Sequence record: NC_048668.1
DNA length: 64,000 nt
Strand: one strand, 5' to 3'
Made by a program: the position numbers and the translations under genes. Below are positions 29,881 to 39,579 of this stretch, in pieces. The notes beneath the pieces were generated by a model. The model worked only from the letters and a program-made list of their open reading frames with translations. It was not told the DNA's origin and did not search any database. How positions within the stretch are numbered: position 1 is the stretch's first letter; each line of letters begins with the position of its first letter.

Positions 29881-30258
29881 ATGAGCACCATGGAAATTCT
29901 GTTATCTCACGTCGAATCTAAAGTTTGGCGCAAGACTATCGATATTAGCTATCGTGAAATGAAACGCGCTGTATCGGCTTTAGAAGAGTTGTTGGATGAA
30001 CCTGTACAGTTTGTCAACTTTGAAGATGGCGCGATGCGTGATCGGATTAGCGACTCTGTGAATGAGGTTTTGGAGTTGTCCACCGCTAAGTTCTGGCCTG
30101 GTTGGAAATTCATCTACAAAACCGAAATCGTTTATACCCTCAGTCGACTGGATGCGATCCGTTTAGTCGGTGAACTGAAGCGTCGTCTGGAAACCGGTAA
30201 TACTGCGCCTGTAAGCTTCACTATCGAACGCATTCGCAGACTGCCTATCATTCGTTAA
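29881..30258 (+). CDS. hypothetical protein, paralog of 29509..29859
   Basis: Shared motif with upstream gene. Confidence 0.75.
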   Translation: MSTMEILLSHVESKVWRKTIDISYREMKRAVSALEELLDEPVQFVNFEDGAMRDRISDSVNEVLELSTAKFWPGWKFIYKTEIVYTLSRLDAIRLVGELKRRLETGNTAPVSFTIERIRRLPIIR

Positions 30259-30323
30259 TAAAACTATAGGAGAGGGCTACGGCTCTCTCCGCTTATTTTC
30301 TCTATTTTAAAAAGGATACTATC

Positions 30324-30645
30324 ATGGAACAGTGCATCTTCGATTCAGTTTTGGTTGCAGACTACAAAAAGACTATCATCCGTACTTTAGATCGTAAAAC
30401 TGTAGTTATTCCGCTTGACCAAATTCAAAAGGTCGCTTCTTTCGTTTCGATCACTAAAGATGAAGCTACTGGCTTTGTTCGTTTCTCTTTCTTTGGGTGA
30501 GCGTAAAGATCTTTTTGTTCAAGTGGACTTCGGTAAGATGGACGAAGACACTCTGCAATACCCTGGACTGATCCGTGAAGGTATTCAAACTGTTCTGGAT
30601 CGTATCATCGGCTGCTACAACGTCGACGCTATTGTTAATAAGTAA
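30324..30645 (+). CDS. hypothetical protein; +1 base at 30495-30497
   Basis: RBS AAGGA, ATG 30324; removing one G joins it to the 30415 frame. Confidence 0.6.
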
Positions 30646-30655
30646 GGAGTCAGTA

Positions 30656-31066
30656 ATGAGTAAGAACGAAGAACATCACAATGCGGAAGCGCGCTTAACT
30701 GTACAATCTTTCTTCGAGGCCTTGGGTCTGCGTACTCAACCTAAGTTGCCGGAAGGGATTATTGGTTACAACGGCCAAGTAAACATTTCGTTGCTCCGTG
30801 GGATTATTAACGCGCATCCTCTGCGTCAGTTGATCCAGGTTTCTAAAGCCAAGTCTGACTTCACTAGTTTGCCTATGGCCGTGCAGGATATCGTCAAGGC
30901 ACTGTCTCGTTATGAAGATAGCGAGTGGGTACTCACTAAGTTTGGGGTATTCAAGTTTAAGGTGAAGAAGCCTCAGGAAGAGATTCAAACCGTGATTGAA
31001 AAATACCGGAACGAGATTCCTAACCACGTTTACGACAAACTGAAAAACGCATTGAAGTCGTGGTAA
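30656..31066 (+). CDS. hypothetical protein
   Basis: RBS TAAGGAG then ATG 30656. Confidence 0.75.
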   Translation: MSKNEEHHNAEARLTVQSFFEALGLRTQPKLPEGIIGYNGQVNISLLRGIINAHPLRQLIQVSKAKSDFTSLPMAVQDIVKALSRYEDSEWVLTKFGVFKFKVKKPQEEIQTVIEKYRNEIPNHVYDKLKNALKSW

Positions 31067-31092
31067 ACCACTCTCTTTAATTCATTTTTTAC

Positions 31093-31255
31093 GTCGTGTC
31101 TTATAGTGTGCTAAAAGCACACAAGACATCTCGCAAGAGGGGTCACGGCGGAGCCTGTGACTATTAGGGGTTAGAATGACTGAGGAATGTAATGACGAAA
31201 GGAATTCCCTAAGAGTACGGCTAGCTAAATACCCTAGATGAATTAGTGTGATTAT
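31093..31255 (+). ncRNA. candidate structured non-coding RNA or leader
   Basis: ORF-free interval with consecutive stems tgtctt/aagaca, gtgtgct/agcacac, ctc-gcaa-gag, gtcac/gtgac, ggaat/attcc. Confidence 0.35.
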
Positions 31256-31279
31256 AACTCAATAATCCACGTCTAAGAG

Positions 31280-31639
31280 ATGGAAAATACGATGAGAAGA
31301 AACCAAGCAGTAATCGATAAATCAATCGAAGAACTGAACGATCTGTGCATTGGTGGCCCAGAGACTAAAGAGAAAACTCTGGCAATCAGCTCTGCTATGA
31401 TGCAGATCTTTACCAACGGCTTAGGCTTGATGGTAAGTGCCTCTGAGGAAGGGAAGTATCCTCTGGGCAAATACGATTCATTCGCTGAAGTAAGTTTAGC
31501 GTCTAGTCGTATCTACGGTCAGATCGTAGTCTTCCGTGTACGCATTGGTTGGCAGGACACGACGTTCACTCGATTCGTGTTCCTGGATGAAGCAGGTGCT
31601 CCAGCCGCAGCCGTTGATGATATCGGTACTCCGTACTAA
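31280..31639 (+). CDS. hypothetical protein
   Basis: 119-aa ORF followed by terminator. Confidence 0.7.
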   Translation: MENTMRRNQAVIDKSIEELNDLCIGGPETKEKTLAISSAMMQIFTNGLGLMVSASEEGKYPLGKYDSFAEVSLASSRIYGQIVVFRVRIGWQDTTFTRFVFLDEAGAPAAAVDDIGTPY

Positions 31640-31766
31640 GTAAAAATGATCCAGCTCATTCCTCTAACCGGGAGTGGGTTGGGTTATTCCTTTTATTTTT
31701 TGACGCTATGTATCCATGGTATAGCGATTATGCTAGTTTAACTATTGAAAACAAGGGAAGAGAAAC

Positions 31767-32414
31767 ATGTCTGATACTCGTAAGCCGACTAAGATCCTGA
31801 GCATGGGTAAGCTCGTAGTAGAAGAGCAAATGGTTCGTGTGGTCGATATTAATCTTCTGGATCAAAACGGTGCACAACGCCCGGATATGGAAGCATTCAA
31901 TCCAGCCTTCGGCTTCACTAAAGATCCGGTAGTATTCCAGAACCCAATGGCAATGTTCGGTTGCGCCAGCTCTATCGAAGAGCTGAACGAGGCGATTAAA
32001 CCTCACTACGAAAACCTGCCGTGGGAACTGTTCGAACTGATCGCTACCTTCAGCGAGACGTTCCGTATCTCCATCATGGTGAGCGCTAACAAAACGATCA
32101 CCGCGCTGCTGGAAAGCAACGAAAGTACCACGCTGGCCTGGTGGGTACCTAACCAGGGCGTGATCTATACTTCCTCTACCGATCGGGTACAGGCGATTCA
32201 ACGTCGTCCACTCAACCCATCTGAAGTTCTGTATGCATTCAGCATTGCGTTGGCACAGCTCGGTATCGGCGCGCCGGCGGTAAGCATCTCTCGCACCGAA
32301 GACAACGAAGGCGTAGCGGTTACTTATATCGACCAGGAAATGGCGATGAGCAACCCAGGTGCGTGTCGTATCTCTTTCGTGTTCCCATCCATGGCCACGG
32401 AAGTAAAACACTAA
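31767..32414 (+). CDS. hypothetical protein
   Basis: 215 aa, biased codon usage, RBS. Confidence 0.75.
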   Translation: MSDTRKPTKILSMGKLVVEEQMVRVVDINLLDQNGAQRPDMEAFNPAFGFTKDPVVFQNPMAMFGCASSIEELNEAIKPHYENLPWELFELIATFSETFRISIMVSANKTITALLESNESTTLAWWVPNQGVIYTSSTDRVQAIQRRPLNPSEVLYAFSIALAQLGIGAPAVSISRTEDNEGVAVTYIDQEMAMSNPGACRISFVFPSMATEVKH

Positions 32415-32534
32415 TTCATTCGACATGAGGGAGTTCGCTCCCTCTTTTTGTACAGGAGGATATAAACGCGAAGTGGTAACACTCTCCTCTCGCCAAGGTA
32501 CTCGTTAAACACGACTACTTGAGGAAAAAAGAAC

Positions 32535-33204
32535 ATGCGCATGGTATTCTGGACTCTTGTCCTTTGCTTGGTAACATTCAGTTTCCCAGCAACCGCATCT
32601 GTATCCGTGAACCAGGCCGGTTGGAATAAACACAAAACCGTCTTGCTTTCTACGTCCAAACGTACGGACGTAAACATGATGGATCTAGTCATTTTGGCTA
32701 GCATCGAATCAACTATGGGTCAAAATCGTCATAACCGTTCCAGCTCCGCCGCAGGTCTGTTTGGGTTCACCGACAGTACGTGGCGTGTAATGGTTAAGCG
32801 TTACGGTAAACAGTACGGCATTCGACCTGGTACAAGTAAACAAAACCCGCGAGCCAACGCTTTGATGGCTGCGGAAATACATCAAGGAAAATCAACGATA
32901 TCTTGAGAAGCAACTTCACCGTAAAGTCGGTATCGAAGAAATCTACATGGCTCACTTGCTCGGGCCTGGAGACGCTGTCAAGATCCTCAAAGCGCGTAAC
33001 GGTTGTTACGCTTCTTCCGTAACGCCTAGTGCTGCTCGGGGCAATAAAGCGTTCTTCTACGATAAAGGACGTGCCCGTACTGTAGCAGGATTTAAGCAAT
33101 ACGTTCATTCGAAAGTTAACAGCCACCGCAAAGCTTATAAAAGCGAAGTGGTTCTCTTAGCTTACAAACATCAACTCCCCCTAACTTTAGCTGACGCAAC
33201 TTAA
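32535..33204 (+). CDS. signal-peptide-bearing lytic transglycosylase (phiKZ gp144-like catalytic domain); +1 base at 32875-32877
   Basis: ASIES catalytic Glu, SSAAGLFGF..STW, NPRANALMAAE, YMAHLLGPG; removing one A joins the two ORFs. Confidence 0.8.
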
Positions 33205-33313
33205 GCGTTCCGGGAATAACGAAGTGACCATGGCGAGAGTAACTCATCCTTTCCTCTAGTTAATTCTAGAGGAAAGGGATCTATTCACTATTTTGTTAAA
33301 ACAAGGAAACAAA

Positions 33314-33838
33314 ATGATTCACTATTCTCTGACTTTTCCATGTGGTTTGATCGAACGTGTCTCTAAGAAAGGAGATGCAACTATCGTCACTGCTAATATC
33401 GCCAAGGGGAATTTCCACTTTAACGTACGCGGTGTTCGGGTCTACGATTCTTCCGTAGATAAGAAGCTCCCTAAGGAACATAAGGCTGCTATCGAGAAGT
33501 GTGAGCTCTACGGAGTTTGGCTGCATGTTCAGAAACACGGCGTCCCACCGAAGGTTCAGTTCTTCTCAGACCTGCCGTATTACTTAGACGACTCGAAAGA
33601 GTTCCCTAAGTTCGTTCAGAGTTTCTGTGGTAAAGATGCCTCTGTGGTCGAGCTCTATTTCAAGCCAGGTTATGACGATGACCTTTTCAAGTCTATCGTA
33701 GAGGCCGCAGGTCGACCGGTACCTTACCTCAACCCGATTAACCGACCTACGCTTTATGATGCGTTGACTTTCGACGTATTCGCGTCAGCGTTCAACCCTC
33801 GTGAACTTAAACAAAACATGTCTCGTGCAAAAGGATAA
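33314..33838 (+). CDS. hypothetical protein
   Basis: RBS AAGGA then ATG 33314. Confidence 0.7.
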   Translation: MIHYSLTFPCGLIERVSKKGDATIVTANIAKGNFHFNVRGVRVYDSSVDKKLPKEHKAAIEKCELYGVWLHVQKHGVPPKVQFFSDLPYYLDDSKEFPKFVQSFCGKDASVVELYFKPGYDDDLFKSIVEAAGRPVPYLNPINRPTLYDALTFDVFASAFNPRELKQNMSRAKG

Positions 33839-33844
33839 CTGAAA

Positions 33845-34453
33845 ATGAAAACTGATTATATCCAGGTCTTTAACTCCGGCTCAGTAAACGTTGAATCTCG
33901 CAGAGTAGACAACGACCAACTCCATTATGTCATTCGCATTGATGGTGGCGTTCAAGTTACATTCACCTCCGTAAAACTTCCACTGACCTTCGTACTCGAG
34001 CGAGCTTATATCCTGCACTACTACGAAAACTATGGTGGTTCTAACTATTGGAAGAAAGCGGTCCCTTCTGCTATCGCGGAAGCCCTTCGTACCATCAGCA
34101 CTACTCATCTGGTCGGGGAAGTTTATCTCGATACTTTCAAGCGTCTGATCGTTTCCGGCCAGGGTCGTTTGAACATTCCCCACATGGTGAGGGAAGTTGC
34201 TAAGTTGATCGATATGGGTACCGAAGATTTTACTGTTAGGGTACAACGTTTCGAACTGAGTACCGACAGCAAGTTCCAGGTAATTCAAACTCTGTCAGCG
34301 GTATTCGATTTCGGCGAAGATCATTTCCGCCCGACCAAAACGGTCACCTTCACCCGCGTCGTTCCACAAGGCGCCTATCCGTTTAATTACCAAGAATTGG
34401 CTCAAGCTATGCGCGCTGAAGTCAATTTAGTTATCCGTGACATCAACGGCTAA
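33845..34453 (+). CDS. hypothetical protein
   Basis: 202-aa ORF. Confidence 0.7.
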   Translation: MKTDYIQVFNSGSVNVESRRVDNDQLHYVIRIDGGVQVTFTSVKLPLTFVLERAYILHYYENYGGSNYWKKAVPSAIAEALRTISTTHLVGEVYLDTFKRLIVSGQGRLNIPHMVREVAKLIDMGTEDFTVRVQRFELSTDSKFQVIQTLSAVFDFGEDHFRPTKTVTFTRVVPQGAYPFNYQELAQAMRAEVNLVIRDING

Positions 34454-34513
34454 ATAACAACATACTCGCCTAGGGAATTCCCTAGGCGTTTTATACCGTA
34501 TATCGGAGTAGTC

Positions 34514-35092
34514 ATGAAAGATTCAATTAAACACGCGTTTCGTACCGTACTTGAAACATACCGTACTGAGATAGAGCCATCACGAGTCATTAGCGACCAT
34601 GGTGGTATTGCCTTATTCCACCAATTTGAAACTGATTTACCAGAAGAACACATCCATACGGCTGCATTGATTAACATTACAGATCACGTAGATCTCTTCG
34701 ACATTGATCCTCTACGTGGTATCTGCCTACCCTGTGCATTATTTGTTACTGCCTATATGCAGGATGTTTACGGGTATGACGTAGTTAGGCAGGATCTTAA
34801 AGTACCGAATGAAGACTTCAGTGATTCGGTATTCCTTCATACTTTCATCTTGGAAGACGGTCTGCACTTCGATACATGTTACGTCGAAGGTCTGCGCTAT
34901 ATCCACGATCATCCTTTACTGCGCCAATTCGATGAAGACGAAGATTGGTGGTTATCATTCTCGGATACTAAAGAAGATTACGGTATTATCCATAAGGGTA
35001 CGGAACTTAGTGACTTCTTCGTTAAATGCGCTGATTTGATCTACCCCGCTGCGTGCTCCCGTACGGAATTCAAAAAGATATTCCTTAACTAA
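34514..35092 (+). CDS. hypothetical protein
   Basis: RBS GGAG; 192 aa acidic. Confidence 0.7.
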   Translation: MKDSIKHAFRTVLETYRTEIEPSRVISDHGGIALFHQFETDLPEEHIHTAALINITDHVDLFDIDPLRGICLPCALFVTAYMQDVYGYDVVRQDLKVPNEDFSDSVFLHTFILEDGLHFDTCYVEGLRYIHDHPLLRQFDEDEDWWLSFSDTKEDYGIIHKGTELSDFFVKCADLIYPAACSRTEFKKIFLN

Positions 35093-35181
35093 GTTACGTA
35101 AAAAATAAACTCATCATCGTAGTCTATGTACGGGATTCTCTTTAGAGTATCCTTTAGTTCATTAACGAAGAGAGATTTCTC

Positions 35182-35781
35182 ATGGCTAAAAGTAATGAGA
35201 ATGAAGTAGCGTTCTTCTTCCAGATTACGCCCGAAACACGGCAGACTCTGTTGGAGACACCAGACTACCTCATCATCACTCAGTCGGAAATCCAAACCGT
35301 AGCCGACAACGGCCTGCGGTTAACTAACCGTGTTCGTCGTACCGAAGCTGTTCAGGCTAAGACCTCAGTTGGGGTTGTGTTTGAGTGCGCGACTAAATAT
35401 CGGTTCCCTGGTAAACCCGGCGATATGACTTCTCGTTGTCTGGAACGTGAATTCCAAGTTAGCGAAGAAGAATACGAACTTGCGTTGCCTTTTGGTGAGC
35501 GAGTTTACCACAAGCGTCGTTTCTCATTCAACTTAGCTGGATTTGAAGCAGACCTTGACTGGTTCGTCGAGAAAGAGTCTAACGACTTCGGCGAATGGGT
35601 TAAACTGGATATCAATGTTCCTGAGGAAGGCATCACTGACAGTAAGCTCTATCAGTTACTGACTAAGTTGCCGCAATCAGGCATCACTATTGCAAACCTG
35701 ATTAACCCACCTGGTATTTACAACGAACGTATCAAATCCACTATTAGTGACCTGATGCAGAATACCTGGAACCTGGCATAA
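35182..35781 (+). CDS. CYTH / triphosphate-tunnel-like protein
   Basis: N-terminal ENEV (ExE), RVRR, EREFQVS, HKRR and DLDWF match the CYTH pattern. Confidence 0.6.
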   Translation: MAKSNENEVAFFFQITPETRQTLLETPDYLIITQSEIQTVADNGLRLTNRVRRTEAVQAKTSVGVVFECATKYRFPGKPGDMTSRCLEREFQVSEEEYELALPFGERVYHKRRFSFNLAGFEADLDWFVEKESNDFGEWVKLDINVPEEGITDSKLYQLLTKLPQSGITIANLINPPGIYNERIKSTISDLMQNTWNLA

Positions 35782-35851
35782 AGCCAACCGTACGGCGTAG
35801 GGGAATTCCTCTACGCCAAAACACCCATTTATTTTTGAGGAGTATATCTCC

Positions 35852-36292
35852 ATGCGCAAACAATGTATTATTTGTAACGTAACCTTCGATCTTTCCCAAT
35901 TCATGCGTGACGGTAAAGAACATGCCGATTGCAATGGTTGCAACTGCTTCCAAAAAGCGAAGCCTGCTGCCAAAGTATTTGAACGTGTTACTGAGGTAAA
36001 AGATACCTGCAAGTGCCCGACGTGTTTAGAAGAGAAATCGATTAAAGAGTTCACAAAGGACTACAAGGTATATCGTTATTGCAATACCTGTCGTACCGAA
36101 GCACTCGAAAAACGAAGTGCAAAAAACAAAGAACTCTTGGGTGCATTCGCGCCCAAATCTCAAACGCTTTGCCGCTGTTATCGTTGCGGTCGCATTAGTG
36201 CCACAACGAGTGGGGATTTTAAAATATCAACAACCTCCGAAACAGGGTATAGCTTTTACTGTTATACGGTTTGTAAAGGGAGACGTGGATGA
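35852..36292 (+). CDS. multi-CxxC zinc-ribbon protein
   Basis: Three C..C-x-F-x-C..C units. Confidence 0.7.
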   Translation: MRKQCIICNVTFDLSQFMRDGKEHADCNGCNCFQKAKPAAKVFERVTEVKDTCKCPTCLEEKSIKEFTKDYKVYRYCNTCRTEALEKRSAKNKELLGAFAPKSQTLCRCYRCGRISATTSGDFKISTTSETGYSFYCYTVCKGRRG

Positions 36293-36750
36293 AAGTCACC
36301 GTTAAACTTTCTGAAGGTATTGTTCAGAACGTTTCAGTGATCGATGATAGTAACGACGTAGTGCTGAACATCGCCCGTCGTTCCTCGGTAGCCAGACATT
36401 GTTTAATCGTTGGTACCAAAGACGGTTTACAAGTTTACCGCATTACTCGTACGCAGGCTGGTCGTAAGTTACCGATCCGCCCACTACTTAATCTCATCGA
36501 AGAAGATCTGAAAAGCCACTATAACTTAATGTTCCGTGGCGTATGCTGGGGTAAGCCGTCCTACTCTGTTTACAATGGCGTTAACCACTTCGTACTCAAT
36601 ACCTGTTTTATTAGTACCTGGGAAGGCGAAATCACCGAAGTCTTTAAAGAGACTCTGGAAAAGGCTGGGCTAGACACAGTTCCCAAAGCTGGACTTGTCG
36701 AGTTCATCAAGTACTTTACCTTCCAAACACCTGAGCCAGAAGAAGAATAG
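36289..36750 (+). CDS. hypothetical protein
   Basis: ATGA-coupled ORF. Confidence 0.7.
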   Translation: MKVTVKLSEGIVQNVSVIDDSNDVVLNIARRSSVARHCLIVGTKDGLQVYRITRTQAGRKLPIRPLLNLIEEDLKSHYNLMFRGVCWGKPSYSVYNGVNHFVLNTCFISTWEGEITEVFKETLEKAGLDTVPKAGLVEFIKYFTFQTPEPEEE

Positions 36751-36825
36751 AGAGAGCCTCTGCACACTTTGTGTGCAGAGGTTTTTCTTTCTGTTACCCT
36801 CTTTTCTTTTTTGTTAGGAGTGCCC

Positions 36826-37633
36826 ATGGAACAAGTCACCTCAGCTATACCTGAGTCTACTGTAGATGAAAACAAGTATGCCATGACCTTCATGCTTTCT
36901 TTCAAACCAGAGAATGTAACACCTGGGTCATTGATTATCGACTTGTATGCCAATGGGGAAACTTACCCCGTTACTGCTCTCTGTACCGCTGGGCTATGAA
37001 GTTCCATTTGAGAACACCGGGGACGTTAAGAAGATTATTGAAACCCTGATGAAAGGGGGTGCTAAGTTCACGGATGATTGGAGGATTGTTTCTACTTTCC
37101 TGGTCCACAAGGTCAGCCTCATCGACGATATGTATCGCTTTGAGTTTGGTGAAGTCGTTTGCGTTCCACACGTAGACGAAGATGGGTTCGTTAGCGACTA
37201 TCAGGTTTTGGCTGACGATACTGAACTCGATATGTCTGTTCACCGCATTGATCGCCATCTCATTGTTGTTCACGATAAAGTCAGCAATGAAGATATTACC
37301 GTCCACATGGTGACTGAAGATCAACCGGTTAAAACTGGGGACTGCATCGCCACAATCTTCGATATCGATACCAAGGAGAACTTCATCTACAACCTTTACA
37401 ACTACAAACGTAAAGACGATGAAGAAAAGACCAACTACATCTGCGCCATGGTTTGGTTGACTCAAACTCAATCACTTGGTCAGTTTAGTTTCATGACAGG
37501 TGACTTCAGTTTGGCTAAGAGCGACTTAGGTGATATTGACCCAGGTTACCTTGCAGCGACAGTAACAGAACCAGACGGAACTGAGTACGATTTCGAAATT
37601 CCTAAAGAGCACTATATCGCCTCACTTCACTAA
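36826..37633 (+). CDS. hypothetical protein; +1 base at about 36955-36958
   Basis: RBS TAGGAG, ATG 36826; removing one G joins it to the 36947 frame. Confidence 0.6.
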
Positions 37634-37673
37634 AACAAAATAGGTAGGAGGGTTTCCCCTCCTACTTGTGACC

Positions 37674-38507
37674 TTACATGAATCCGCCGATAAGGTTTCG
37701 GTAATAGTTCCCAGCTGCACTGGCATCCGAAAGGAAGTTGACAGCTTGCCATTCTTCCCTGAAGTATTCTTTATAGAGCTCTGCTGCATCCGAGTATCCG
37801 TCGACGAACTCTTGGATGACTGGCATTTCACTACCACCTTCCAAGTAGCCCTGATTAAGACTTACCTTCAGATTATTATAGATCCATGCTTTCGTTGCAT
37901 AGACGCACAGCTGAACAAATTGTGGAACAGCCCTAGGTGGCAGGGTATTCATATCAGCGTCATGGGAAACACGGCAGGTAATAGAGCCTTGTTTAACAGA
38001 ACCCATGTAGTCCGTGATGAGAATCGTATTCTCACCAATCAGACGGACAGCTGCTGAACCCGTAAGACCACCTGGGGCGGCGGAGGTGAGGATTTTAGAT
38101 GCGTAGTTCATCAACTGGGAGTTACCACAGTTGTTCATCGAGTAGTCGTTGTTCAACGTACCACCGATCATGGTTTGTGCACCCAGGTTATACGTATAGT
38201 TGAAGTACAACGTTTCAACAATAGTACGACCCTGAGTTAAACGTTTAGGGATACGTACCACGGTACGATAGTCACCAGTTGGATCAGGGATTACTTCCGC
38301 TTGAGCTAATGGGATGTTAATCTCAAGAGCACCGAGAAGGTTACAATCTGCCCTGACTTTCGCATCGATAACTTTGTTACGGATCTCCCAGTCCAATGAC
38401 CCCGGAGAGATTCGTTCCCTTCCTCGTTTACCGAGAAATGCTATTTCAAGGACATCGGTTGGAATTTCAAACCGAATATCCGAGATAACTTTATGAAGGA
38501 CTGACAT
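37674..38507 (-). CDS. conserved phiKZ-family virion-associated protein
   Basis: 277 aa, divergent from phuZ as in phiKZ-like genomes. Confidence 0.65.
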   Translation of the reverse strand: MSVLHKVISDIRFEIPTDVLEIAFLGKRGRERISPGSLDWEIRNKVIDAKVRADCNLLGALEINIPLAQAEVIPDPTGDYRTVVRIPKRLTQGRTIVETLYFNYTYNLGAQTMIGGTLNNDYSMNNCGNSQLMNYASKILTSAAPGGLTGSAAVRLIGENTILITDYMGSVKQGSITCRVSHDADMNTLPPRAVPQFVQLCVYATKAWIYNNLKVSLNQGYLEGGSEMPVIQEFVDGYSDAAELYKEYFREEWQAVNFLSDASAAGNYYRNLIGGFM

Positions 38508-38613
38508 GGGCTACCTCCTAGTAGGATCCGTCAGGTTATTTTTTACATCTCTTCTGAAGATGTGTAGCAATTACACAGATAAAGTAGTTTTTTCTTATCA
38601 GTAGTGAGGAAAT

Positions 38614-39576
38614 ATGCAAACTCGTAATAGCGTCTCTATCTATGGTTGTGGCGGTGCCGGTATCGACCTGGTAAACCGTCTGCTCGATCAAGACCTCAGT
38701 GGTCTGGCTTATGTCAACGCTGCCTTCGTAGACAGCAGCAAATCCAACTTCAACGGACGCTACGATCCTAAGACGTGTTACGTCCTGGAAGGCGTAGATG
38801 GCTCCGGTAAAGAGCGTTCGATCAACTACCCTCTGATCGCTCGTGCAGTAGACGATGTTCTGCTGTCACACAAACCATCCGACCTGAACATCCTGGTCTT
38901 CTCTGCATCCGGCGGTACTGGTTCAGTATTCTCACTGAAAATCGCCGAAGCGCTGTGGGAACAAAACAAAGCCGTTCTGCTGTTCGTCGTCGGTTCGACC
39001 GAAAGCGGTAAAACCACCGGTAACGTTCTGGATACTCTGTATTCGATCGATACCATGGCTCGGAAGAAAAACGTCTCTGCGGTTGTCTACTACGACACCA
39101 ATGGCAGCAACGTCCGTAACTCTGAAGTCGACATCAACATGCTGACCGGTATGCGTTGGATCCTGGATCTCTACGCAGGTACTCACCACGGCCTTGATAG
39201 CGCCGATGTTCTCAACTGGGCTCGTCCTACTAGCGGCGCCAAAGTAACACCTCAGCTCTGCCTGCTGGACATCACCGAAGATCGCAACGAAGCGATCGAA
39301 ATCGAAGCACCAATCTCTGTTGCTGAACTGCACGGTGACGACTATCGTGGTGAAGGTACTATCGCCGCTGACTACAGCGCGTATGGTAACCGTCGCGAAA
39401 GTGGTAAAGGTTCTCTGTACTTCAGCATCTACACCCATGGCCTGGGTTCGCTGATGGATGAACTGAAAACCATCAAGGACGATTACGAGCGTCGTAAGGC
39501 CTCTCGTGAGAAACTGACTTCTTCTGTAATGAAGAACTCTGGGCCGTCCGAAGACGACGGGATGTTTTTCTCCTAA
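38614..39576 (+). CDS. phuZ: PhuZ phage tubulin
   Basis: GCGGAG, GSGKER and tubulin signature SASGGTGS; 320 aa. Confidence 0.92.
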   Translation: MQTRNSVSIYGCGGAGIDLVNRLLDQDLSGLAYVNAAFVDSSKSNFNGRYDPKTCYVLEGVDGSGKERSINYPLIARAVDDVLLSHKPSDLNILVFSASGGTGSVFSLKIAEALWEQNKAVLLFVVGSTESGKTTGNVLDTLYSIDTMARKKNVSAVVYYDTNGSNVRNSEVDINMLTGMRWILDLYAGTHHGLDSADVLNWARPTSGAKVTPQLCLLDITEDRNEAIEIEAPISVAELHGDDYRGEGTIAADYSAYGNRRESGKGSLYFSIYTHGLGSLMDELKTIKDDYERRKASREKLTSSVMKNSGPSEDDGMFFS

Positions 39577-39579
39577 TAG

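Noticed and set aside
31180-31200. Hammerhead-like core CTGAGGA...GAAA
   Set aside because: The intervening ATGTAATGAC cannot form stem II and no matching stems I/III with a cleavage triplet were found
35089-35295. 68-aa minus-strand ORF
   Set aside because: Overlaps the CYTH gene antisense by 114 nt in an otherwise + strand operon
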